From the IMG/VR virus record IMGVR_UViG_3300032290_001086: 64,000 nt of DNA; one strand, written 5' to 3'. This DNA is from a virus (Duplodnaviria > Caudoviricetes). Positions 17,452 to 25,066 of this stretch are shown here, piece by piece. A model generated the notes under the pieces. It was not told where the DNA came from. It saw only the letters and a list, made by a program, of their open reading frames with translations, and searched no databases. The number at the start of each line of letters is the position of its first letter. The stretch's first letter is position 1. Made by a program: the position numbers and the translations under genes.

Positions 17452-17586
17452 ATGTCTAAAGAAGTTCTCGTTTCAATGCTAAGCAAAGGTCAGAATGGTA
17501 ATGAAATTCTCACCATTCTCGACATGATTGTAGGCTCTGATGATACAAACTCTACAGAGCCTACACTAGAAGAAATCGACTTCTGA
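17452..17586 (+). CDS. small hypothetical protein (44 aa, MSKEVLVSMLSKGQNGNEIL..)
   Basis: Fills the gap; not in the ORF track. Confidence 0.6.
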   Translation: MSKEVLVSMLSKGQNGNEILTILDMIVGSDDTNSTEPTLEEIDF

Positions 17587-17639
17587 TTAGCATTCCTAAT
17601 CAATCGGGGGTTGACAACTCAACCCCCATCCTGTAAATT
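17586..17639 (+). promoter_or_regulatory. early promoter with LysR-type operator
   Basis: ATTAG-CATTC-CTAAT, 10 bp, TTGACA-17 bp-TAAATT; GGGGTTGA..TCAACCCC hairpin over the -35. Confidence 0.75.
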
Positions 17640-17664
17640 ATCATTGTTAATTCAAAGAAACATC

Positions 17665-17928
17665 ATGACTATTGCAATTTCCCCCGTTCACCGTCAGTTT
17701 ACCAAGGAACAATCCAGCGCCATTCACTCTATCACTGTAGATGGTACTGATGTTGTAGTTATCTGGCACAACAATGTAGACAAAGCCTATGCTTTCACCT
17801 GCAGTGAGAACTATGCACAATTCCTCAGCGATTTGCTCACCAATGATGCAATGCTAGAAAAGGTTAGCATTGGTTCTACAATTGCAGACGGTCGAAAGAC
17901 TGACGAACTGCAGCAGGTGACTGTCTGA
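17665..17928 (+). CDS. hypothetical early protein
   Basis: ATG 54 nt after the -35. Confidence 0.7.
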   Translation: MTIAISPVHRQFTKEQSSAIHSITVDGTDVVVIWHNNVDKAYAFTCSENYAQFLSDLLTNDAMLEKVSIGSTIADGRKTDELQQVTV

Positions 17929-18049
17929 TATGATTCTGGGGGCTTCACCAGCCCCCACCAAACAAACATTACAAATTGTAAATGTCTGGAATCATTCTCT
18001 TTCTTTTTGCTCTAGCATTGTTTCGTAGTTTTGAAAGAAAGTTTCTCTA

Positions 18050-18241
18050 ATGGACACCATGATTTCAGTCAAGCCTATCTCAAAGAAAGCCAAAAACAGG
18101 TTCGCTAATGTAATGGAATCATGTGAACTTTGCATTGTAGAACAACACAAAGGAGATAAAGTCTTCCTGCGTAGTCTAAATGGCAGGAACTTCTTCTGGG
18201 TTAATGTACATAAAGACCAGGATTGGCTGCTGGAGATGTAA
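18050..18241 (+). CDS. hypothetical cyanophage protein (V.PISKKAKNRFAN.M family)
   Basis: ORF after an 8-2-8 repeat promoter. Confidence 0.7.
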   Translation: MDTMISVKPISKKAKNRFANVMESCELCIVEQHKGDKVFLRSLNGRNFFWVNVHKDQDWLLEM

Positions 18242-18242
18242 T

Positions 18243-18294
18243 ATTTCATTTTGTTACAAGGGTGGGCTCCAGGGCTCACCCGATGCTGTAGGAT
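18243..18294 (+). promoter_or_regulatory. early promoter with HLR1-like direct repeat
   Basis: ATTTCATT-TT-GTTACAAG, GC hairpin, -10 TAGGAT (18289). Confidence 0.6.
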
Positions 18295-18317
18295 TCTGAG
18301 GCAGTCGCAACCGACCA

Positions 18318-18563
18318 ATGCTCACCACCGAACACCTCCCTGGAATCGGACCCGATGCTAGCCAGGCCACCATCGCCGCCGAAATGTTTCGGGTCAGGGC
18401 TGGGGCCAAGCAGGCTCAGCTAGAGCAGGATGAGACCCTAGTGTGGGTGGAAGGCCACCTAATCACCACAGCCCAGTGGGAGCAGTTTAAGACTGACCGC
18501 TTCCACAAGTGGCACAGCGAGGGCTGGGTGATGAGCATGGACCACTGGGTAACCCAGCATTAA
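18318..18563 (+). CDS. hypothetical early protein
   Basis: GC-rich ORF after a promoter. Confidence 0.7.
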   Translation: MLTTEHLPGIGPDASQATIAAEMFRVRAGAKQAQLEQDETLVWVEGHLITTAQWEQFKTDRFHKWHSEGWVMSMDHWVTQH

Positions 18564-18607
18564 GTTTTGTAACAGGGGCCAATTCTGGCCCCACCATCCT
18601 GTAGAAT
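18559..18607 (+). promoter_or_regulatory. early promoter with HLR1-like direct repeat
   Basis: ATTAAGTT-TT-GTAACAGG, hairpin GGGGCCA..TGGCCCC, -10 TAGAAT (18602). Confidence 0.6.
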
Positions 18608-18633
18608 TCTCTCAAGTTCACCACCCCGAACCG

Positions 18634-19302
18634 ATGAACACTGCACTCACCCTGGTTTCCAGCAACGCCAAGACTGGCCCCATCCCCACCAGCACCAGCA
18701 GCCGTGAGACCTGCCCTGCAACCTGCCCTTTCTACAATAAAGGTTGCTACGCTAAATCTGGCCCCCAAAACATTCACTGGAAGAAAGTTACTGAGGGTGA
18801 GCGAGGTGTAAACTTTCAGGAGTTTACTTCTGCAGTTCGTAAACTCCAGCGTGGCCAACTCTGGCGCCACAATGTATCTGGTGACCTCCCCCACGTTCTG
18901 GGTGACATTAATGCTCCCATGGTATCTGCACTGGCTGATGCAAACAAAGGCCGCAAAGGGTATACCTACACCCACCACGTTCTCAACAGCCACAACCTGG
19001 AAGTAATCAAAGAAGCTAACTCTAAAGGCTTCACAATCAATGCTTCCACTGAGGATGTTGAGGTGGCTGATGCTATCATGACTGAGCACAACATTCCTGC
19101 AGTTGCTGTTGTCAAGTCTGACAAAACCGAACGATTCTACAAAACAGAATCAGGTCGTAAAGTTATCACCTGCCCCGCTACGATTCATGAAAACGTAACG
19201 TGTGCAACTTGTGGCCTTTGTGCAAAGGCTGATCGTGACTTTATCATTGCATTTCCTGCACATGGTAATGCTAAGAAAACAGTCAACGAAATCGTAGCCT
19301 AA
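18634..19302 (+). CDS. Cys-rich putative metal/Fe-S protein (GP88-like)
   Basis: SNAKTG..TCPATCPF...GCYA, RHNVSGD, YTYTH, CPA..TCATCGLC motifs. Confidence 0.7.
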   Translation: MNTALTLVSSNAKTGPIPTSTSSRETCPATCPFYNKGCYAKSGPQNIHWKKVTEGERGVNFQEFTSAVRKLQRGQLWRHNVSGDLPHVLGDINAPMVSALADANKGRKGYTYTHHVLNSHNLEVIKEANSKGFTINASTEDVEVADAIMTEHNIPAVAVVKSDKTERFYKTESGRKVITCPATIHENVTCATCGLCAKADRDFIIAFPAHGNAKKTVNEIVA

Positions 19303-19311
19303 AGTATAATT

Positions 19312-19372
19312 ATTTCAGTTTGTTACAAGTCGGGTCTGGGGGATCGACACCCCCCACCCGATGGTCTACAAT
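19312..19372 (+). promoter_or_regulatory. early promoter with HLR1-like direct repeat
   Basis: ATTTCAGT-TT-GTTACAAG; TCGACA (19344)-17 bp-TACAAT. Confidence 0.65.
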
Positions 19373-19416
19373 ACATTCACGGGGGCGAGAGAAGCCCCCA
19401 CCACTTTCCGAGAATC

Positions 19417-19731
19417 ATGACCCGCTCCGACCGTCTGACCAGCACCAGCATCCCCACCGTGGTGGCTGTGGCCGTGGCCCGTGTGACCATTCGCCACGCC
19501 CAGGTGATTGGCCGCCACCGTGCTCAGTGGCTGTTTGACCTGGCCACCTCTGAGACTGCTCTCAAGGCTGAGCGCCAGCTGGGCCGCAAGGCTCTCCAGG
19601 TTGCCGCCGATGCAGCAGGCCGCAGTTCCGTCACCTTGGCCGATGGCCGCACCATCGGGGACCGTGTGTTCAGCAAGGCCAGCAACCGCAGGCTCCGCAA
19701 CTGGAGCCAGGACCGCAACACCCCTGTGTGA
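19417..19731 (+). CDS. hypothetical basic early protein
   Basis: GC3-rich ORF after a promoter. Confidence 0.7.
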   Translation: MTRSDRLTSTSIPTVVAVAVARVTIRHAQVIGRHRAQWLFDLATSETALKAERQLGRKALQVAADAAGRSSVTLADGRTIGDRVFSKASNRRLRNWSQDRNTPV

Positions 19732-19788
19732 CGGATTGTGAACATTCGGGCCAGCCAGCCACAGCTGGCCCTTCCTAGCCTGTAGAAT
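19728..19788 (+). promoter_or_regulatory. early promoter with degenerate 8-2-8 repeat
   Basis: GTGACGGA-TT-GTGAACAT; -10 TAGAAT (19783). Confidence 0.5.
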
Positions 19789-19813
19789 TACAGAGTCAAC
19801 CGAACCGAGACCG

Positions 19814-19990
19814 ATGCCCGCCACCGTCACCCTGACCGCAGCAGAAGCCACCATCGCCCGCCAGATGGTGATGTCTGGTCTGATTGCTGCAGACCACAAC
19901 AACGGACGCCATCAGCCCTGGCAGCTGCTAATGGAACGGGCCGAAGCCGAAGCCCTTCTGGCCAAGCTGCTGGGCAGCACCGCCGACTGA
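19814..19990 (+). CDS. small hypothetical early protein (58 aa, MPATVTLTAAEATIARQ..)
   Basis: GC3-rich ORF after a promoter; not in the ORF track. Confidence 0.65.
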   Translation: MPATVTLTAAEATIARQMVMSGLIAADHNNGRHQPWQLLMERAEAEALLAKLLGSTAD

Positions 19991-20190
19991 TAAGCTCAAC
20001 GGGGGGCTGAGTCCCCCCATCCATCAGCAGTTCTGATACATCAGCAGTCCTAATGGGAGCAGTGGGCAGTTATAAGGGCCGTTTATGTCCCGCCCCCCGT
20101 GGCCCGTATTAAAAGTGTTGGGTCCCAGTAAGCTATAAAACTTTGAAATCGACTGATATATAGTTAATCAACCCAAAAATTTTTTCCGAA

Positions 20191-20270
20191 AACCTCCAAG
20201 GTCCTCCAAGGTCCTCCAAAATTCTTCAAGTTTGCCCCAAGTGACTCAAAAATTCTCCAAAATTGACACA
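20191..20270 (+). repeat. degenerate 10-bp tandem repeat
   Basis: aacctccaag/gtcctccaag/gtcctccaaa/attcttcaag/tttgccccaa/gtgactcaaa/aattctccaa. Confidence 0.8.
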
Positions 20271-20423
20271 AAAACAACAACATCCGAGGAATTTTCATAT
20301 ATTTTCATGACCATCAGAGAACTTTTGAAAATAATCGGACAAAATTTCACCGAAAAATTCAAAAAACACTGAAAAAAATCAAAAAATTTTTTTTTCATAT
20401 ATAATGTAAACATTTATACAATT

Positions 20424-20603
20424 ATGTCACCATTTTCTTGCACCACTGAAGTACAATTTGATGAAAAATCAGGTGATTACTTCGTTACATTCCCTGAAGA
20501 ACTCCTAGAAGAGATGCAATGGGTCGAAGGAGACACATTAGAATGGGAATTCTTTGAACATCATGATAGTCCAGGTATTCGTATACATAAAGTAGGAGAT
20601 TAG
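20424..20603 (+). CDS. AbrB/MazE-fold small protein (59 aa)
   Basis: GDYFVTFPEELLEEMQWVEGDTLEW is a swapped-hairpin signature; not in the ORF track. Confidence 0.75.
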   Translation: MSPFSCTTEVQFDEKSGDYFVTFPEELLEEMQWVEGDTLEWEFFEHHDSPGIRIHKVGD

Positions 20604-20614
20604 TTTACAAAAGT

Positions 20615-23600
20615 ATGGGTAATTGCAGGCCAAAAAAAGAAATAATTCAAAAAACGATAAGTCATTGGTATATTCCAACAGGACAAGCTCAGTATGTATC
20701 CTCTCCGAAAGCACCATTTGACTACAAAGTATGGCATGAAGTAGGGGGTCAGAATGATAATCTTAGACTTATTGGAAATGGCAGTAAATTAGAAAAGTTA
20801 TACAGAACTAGATTGTATTCACCACGAGGAGAGACTACCGATGGTGATGTAGACTACAATTGGGAATATGTATATCAGCAAAAATATGAAGTTAAGATCA
20901 TGGACAAAAATGATCTTAACGATAAAGAACTAGCACCACTTGAAGACCCTGAGAACGAATATACTATTCCTGGATATGATGGTGAAGGAGCATTTGAAGA
21001 TGGAGATCCCATCTACTACAACAAACCAATTTTTAAAAGACAGTGTAAAGCAAATACTGTTTATGATGAACAGTATTTTTATCATGTTTTTTATTGGCCC
21101 ACCACGAGCATCTCTGTAAGCAGAGCAGTCAATGGTATTATTAAGACTACTACCACAACTACTTCGTCTGGTGCAGGAGGTGGAGGTGGAGCAAGTACAA
21201 CTGTAATTACAGATACATATGCAGCTGCTCCAGGAACCGTTTCAGGAACCGTTTCAATACAAGGAGTTGCTAGTTCGGTAGAAAATCCTCCTGAAGGATT
21301 AATTTATTACCATGGTGGAAGTTTTGATGATAAAATGTTTTTTACATATGAACCAGATGCAAATAGTGATGGAACACTTAAAGTTATTGCTGAAGGAGAT
21401 ACTGTAAACGGATGGACTATCAGTAAAGTTGTTAACTACGTAACCGATAAAGCTCTCAGAAGAAGAGTATCAAAATATTCTAAGAGGAATAAAACTCCTT
21501 CTTATGTGTTTGTAAATGACTTAGTAGATCCTAAAGGAAAAGTAAGTAGCGTTTCAAGTTTACCTGCATCCTATGCTGGTAGTATTGATGACTATTACAT
21601 TGTTGATGACGATGAAGATACATTAAATCAATTATACTATCAATGGAATGGTACAGCTTGGACTGGTCCAGTAAATGTTACTGGTATTTTAGTTGGAGAT
21701 AAAGTAAAAGGCAAAGGAATTTCTAGTGGTACAACAGTAACTCAAATTAAAGGAAGAAAAATATTTCTAAGTAATTCCATTAGAAGTCGCAAAATACGTA
21801 AAGTTACTTTTGTAAATAATGTTGTAAACAAAGTAAATGCATCAACAGTTTGTTATGCAGAAATTTCTGGGGGAAGCTCAAACTTTACTAGAGATGGTAG
21901 CTACACCACCACAAACGGATGCAAGATTAAAGTTGTAGCAGGAAAAGGAATTCAAACTCGTTCTGCTATTGTAGGAGTTTATGCAGCAAGAAATAAGCGT
22001 TATCTAGAATATAGTCCTATTTTTTATACCAGAGATAATGATTGTGAAAAGATTTATATTGAAGACTCTAATGCAAAATACCTAATTGGAGATGTTATTC
22101 TTGAAGATGAAACACTATACTTAAATGATGTTGAACTAGTAGCAGAACCTAAAACAGATATTGCATACAGAATTAATAACATATACTGGAATAATTTTAA
22201 TATGCCAGTATCAAAAACAGAATTAGAAAATATTCTTAAAAAATATCCAGATGATAATAAATTTTTAGAATTGGAGCAATATGTTATTGATACAATTAAG
22301 GGATCATTAAATTCTAAAAAAGTATCAAGAGTATTAGATTCAACTTGTAATGATCCAATTTATCCTTCTGTTGAAAAAATATATTATCCATATGAAGAAC
22401 TGAATCAACTTCAAGATTCTTTTAGCTCACTTGTGAATAATACATCAGATCCTTGTTTAGATATTAAATCAAACGCTGCATTTACTACAGAAGAACTTCA
22501 ACAGTATATTAATACTAATCTTTCTAAAGTAATATCTTCTTCTTCAATGATATTACCAGAAGAAATGTATAAATTAGTAGTTTCTAATGAAAACTCAATG
22601 CTGAATAGATTAACATCTGCAGTTAGTACTATTGAGCAATCCGTTTCAAAAATTCAGCAAATTCCTAATCTTCCTCCTATGTTGGAGGGAGAAAATGAAG
22701 CTCCTATTAATTTGACTATTGAAACTATTCGCAGAATGCCACCCAAATTTGGAAATATAGAATTTTTAGTCAATGATGTTATATTTGATAGTGATAATAG
22801 TTTAAATCCAAATGCAGTTGAAAATAATCCATTTTTAACTATTAGATCTATACCTGTATTTACAGGTACATTTAGTTGTAATAATCCTGATATGACATTG
22901 AATACTGTTACTAAGACAGTAGGAACTATTACGAATGCAGTTGATTATGTAGAATTAACTAATGCTGCTCCACAACCACCGCCACCACCGCCACCAATTG
23001 CTGGATCTACTTCAACTTCTACTAGAGTTTGGGTTGAACCTGGACCAGAAGGAACTTTAGGAGCAAATGAAGATGATAACAAGCAATTTAGTAAACATAA
23101 AACTTGCACTGGTGCTAGACCATATCCAAACATAATTTGGAAATCTGAACTTAGTTATCAAACTAAATTTACTAAAATTGCAAATTTCAGAGTAAATGAA
23201 ATAAGTAATGCTGTTTCAGAAGCTCTTGCAAATAAAGGTAATCCATATCAGGATGATCCAGTATACGCAGAACTTTCCGAAGACATAACTTCATCCAGTA
23301 CTTCAATTAAGATTAAAGGTAGTACTGCAAACTTCATGAACAGTGGATATTTATTACTTCCAAAATTTGTTACAAAACAATCTGAATCTGATTTAAAAAA
23401 TTCATCAAAACATTATTATTATCTTGGCGAAGAGATTATTTACTATGGAAATAAAACTGCAAATTCATTTGAAAATTGTATTCGTGCTCAATTTGGAACA
23501 AACTCAACATTTGAAGTTATAGTTCCAGCTGGAGATATTGAAAGTGGATTTTTATATACAATTCAAACTATAGGCAATACTAATTGGTTAGAACTTGGTG

Positions 23601-23806
23601 CTCCAGAAGGATACGCTGTAGGAACTACTTTTAAATCTACTAAAGATGGTATAGATAGCACTGGTACTGCTTATGTTTTTGGAAGTACCCTAAAACCATT
23701 TGATAATGCACCACCAGTCAATACAGTGTTCCATAGTTATCAAAAAAGAAACTATATAGTTCAGTTCTGGCCATATAAGTTAAGAACTGATTCAAGTAGT
23801 ATCTAG
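20615..23806 (+). CDS. large putative virion (baseplate/tail-associated) protein
   Basis: 1063 aa, S/T/G/N-rich; C-terminal EEIIYY..KT...F..C.R.QFGT module shared with gp7/VrlC; precedes PAAR. Confidence 0.7.
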   Translation: MGNCRPKKEIIQKTISHWYIPTGQAQYVSSPKAPFDYKVWHEVGGQNDNLRLIGNGSKLEKLYRTRLYSPRGETTDGDVDYNWEYVYQQKYEVKIMDKNDLNDKELAPLEDPENEYTIPGYDGEGAFEDGDPIYYNKPIFKRQCKANTVYDEQYFYHVFYWPTTSISVSRAVNGIIKTTTTTTSSGAGGGGGASTTVITDTYAAAPGTVSGTVSIQGVASSVENPPEGLIYYHGGSFDDKMFFTYEPDANSDGTLKVIAEGDTVNGWTISKVVNYVTDKALRRRVSKYSKRNKTPSYVFVNDLVDPKGKVSSVSSLPASYAGSIDDYYIVDDDEDTLNQLYYQWNGTAWTGPVNVTGILVGDKVKGKGISSGTTVTQIKGRKIFLSNSIRSRKIRKVTFVNNVVNKVNASTVCYAEISGGSSNFTRDGSYTTTNGCKIKVVAGKGIQTRSAIVGVYAARNKRYLEYSPIFYTRDNDCEKIYIEDSNAKYLIGDVILEDETLYLNDVELVAEPKTDIAYRINNIYWNNFNMPVSKTELENILKKYPDDNKFLELEQYVIDTIKGSLNSKKVSRVLDSTCNDPIYPSVEKIYYPYEELNQLQDSFSSLVNNTSDPCLDIKSNAAFTTEELQQYINTNLSKVISSSSMILPEEMYKLVVSNENSMLNRLTSAVSTIEQSVSKIQQIPNLPPMLEGENEAPINLTIETIRRMPPKFGNIEFLVNDVIFDSDNSLNPNAVENNPFLTIRSIPVFTGTFSCNNPDMTLNTVTKTVGTITNAVDYVELTNAAPQPPPPPPPIAGSTSTSTRVWVEPGPEGTLGANEDDNKQFSKHKTCTGARPYPNIIWKSELSYQTKFTKIANFRVNEISNAVSEALANKGNPYQDDPVYAELSEDITSSSTSIKIKGSTANFMNSGYLLLPKFVTKQSESDLKNSSKHYYYLGEEIIYYGNKTANSFENCIRAQFGTNSTFEVIVPAGDIESGFLYTIQTIGNTNWLELGAPEGYAVGTTFKSTKDGIDSTGTAYVFGSTLKPFDNAPPVNTVFHSYQKRNYIVQFWPYKLRTDSSSI

Positions 23807-23814
23807 GAGGTTTT

Positions 23815-24147
23815 ATGAGACCAGTAGCAGGACTAGGAAACCCAGATAATGTTTCATTTAGACCTTGTTGTGTATATCCAGTTAATACTGTCACTCCAGT
23901 AGTTTCTAAAACCTTCATTAATGGAAGACCAGTTGCAAAGGTTGGTGATGTTCTAACTCCTGCACCAGGATTTCCAGTTTGTAAAGATACGGTATGTCCT
24001 CCATTAGCAAGAACTCCTATTGCTGTCAATAAATTATTTGTTAATGGACAGTCTGTTGCTTCGGTGGGGGACTTGACAAATCCAGCTTCTCCACGTACAA
24101 TATTACCATTCCCCACCAACGTATTTGTTTCCATGCTTGGAGCATGA
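23815..24147 (+). CDS. PAAR-domain tail spike tip protein (gp5.4-like)
   Basis: TFINGRPVAKVGD and LFVNGQSVASVGD repeats; SD AGGAGG. Confidence 0.9.
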   Translation: MRPVAGLGNPDNVSFRPCCVYPVNTVTPVVSKTFINGRPVAKVGDVLTPAPGFPVCKDTVCPPLARTPIAVNKLFVNGQSVASVGDLTNPASPRTILPFPTNVFVSMLGA

Positions 24148-24197
24148 GTTGGAGGAATACCTCGGCATCTAATCTTAACAATTAATTATTTAAACAT

Positions 24198-24341
24198 ATG
24201 GCAAAAGCACCTAGTTTCAATAAGTCCAGCTATATTCCTGGCAAGCCAAAATGTACTCGTCAAGGTAGGTCAAAAAACACCAACCTTTCTGCAAGCAGCA
24301 GAAATGGTCGCAAAAAAGCATATCGTGGTCAAGGACGATAA
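24198..24341 (+). CDS. small basic protein (47 aa, ends KKAYRGQGR)
   Basis: ORF between PAAR and a terminator; not in the ORF track. Confidence 0.7.
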   Translation: MAKAPSFNKSSYIPGKPKCTRQGRSKNTNLSASSRNGRKKAYRGQGR

Positions 24342-24347
24342 TTTTAT

Positions 24348-24373
24348 AGAGAGCTTAACAGCTCTCTTTTTTT
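24348..24373 (+). terminator. Rho-independent terminator
   Basis: AGAGAGC-TTAACA-GCTCTCT followed by a T-run. Confidence 0.85.
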
Positions 24374-24455
24374 ATGCCAAACGCAACTAAATACTAAATG
24401 TGAAGGGATAGCAACCCCTTTAAAAGTTCTGTTAGACCCTTATCGGAGAAGACAG

Positions 24456-24611
24456 ATGGCAGTGAAACCAAACCCTGATCGAGATGTAAATTATATGAGA
24501 GAAATGTGGGGAACCACAAAATTGGTTACAGATTACATACCTATTAAAAAACATCGTACACGTAAATATAATTTAGATTATTGCGAGTATTTTGAAGACG
24601 TTGCTAATTAA
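24456..24611 (+). CDS. small hypothetical protein (51 aa, MAVKPNPDRD..MWGTTKLVTDY)
   Basis: SD GGAG; follows late-like CTAAATA; not in the ORF track. Confidence 0.6.
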   Translation: MAVKPNPDRDVNYMREMWGTTKLVTDYIPIKKHRTRKYNLDYCEYFEDVAN

Positions 24612-24646
24612 TTACCTATATAATATAACATATTAACATAGGATAA

Positions 24647-25063
24647 ATGTCAACTGTTTCGGAAGAACTAGGAAAAATTTCTAGGTCTTTTAAAGACATT
24701 AGTTTTAGTTTTTTTAAGAATCCAATAACTAATGATGTTGTTGTATTAAAAAATGAAGAAGCAATTAAACAATCAGTAAAAAATTTAGTTTTAACAAAAC
24801 TTGGAGAAAGATTGTTTAGTCCTTTAATTGGAACTAATACCAGTTCATACCTTTTTGAGTTGACAACTTCATTTTCTATTAATACTTTAATTCAAGAAAT
24901 TGAAGATATAATAAAAAATTTTGAATCCCGTGTTAGATTAAGTAATATTACTATAAACTCAGAAGAAGATTCAAATGAATTTAATGTTTATATTGAGTAT
25001 TATATTGTAGGTCTTCCTCAATCATTACAAAACGTAGAATTTTTACTCGTAAGAGAAAGCTAG
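24647..25063 (+). CDS. g25: baseplate wedge subunit gp25
   Basis: FKDIS..F..NP.T.D....KNEEAIKQSVKNLVLT..GER.F.P..G motif; synteny. Confidence 0.92.
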   Translation: MSTVSEELGKISRSFKDISFSFFKNPITNDVVVLKNEEAIKQSVKNLVLTKLGERLFSPLIGTNTSSYLFELTTSFSINTLIQEIEDIIKNFESRVRLSNITINSEEDSNEFNVYIEYYIVGLPQSLQNVEFLLVRES

Positions 25064-25066
25064 TAC

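Noticed and set aside
16031-17640. Repeats considered as a CRISPR array
   Set aside because: Spacing is irregular, repeats are degenerate, the intervening sequences are ORFs and there are no cas genes; better explained as promoter cassettes and DnaA boxes
16999-17664. TTG starts given in the ORF track at 16999, 17259 and 17611 (and the extended start at 9733)
   Set aside because: They coincide with or abut the -35 TTGAC boxes; the likely starts are ATGs about 54 nt downstream
18487-20024. Long minus-strand and alternative-frame ORFs in the GC-rich island
   Set aside because: Shadow ORFs caused by high GC; promoters and codon bias support only the + frames called
22970-22997. Poly-proline (CCA/CCG) run in the 1063-aa protein
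   Set aside because: Ordinary low-complexity linker with mixed codons; no sign of a phase-variable tract
24415-24426. Slippery-like CCCTTTAAAAG as a -1 frameshift site
   Set aside because: No credible translated upstream ORF leads into it; a terminator lies just upstream
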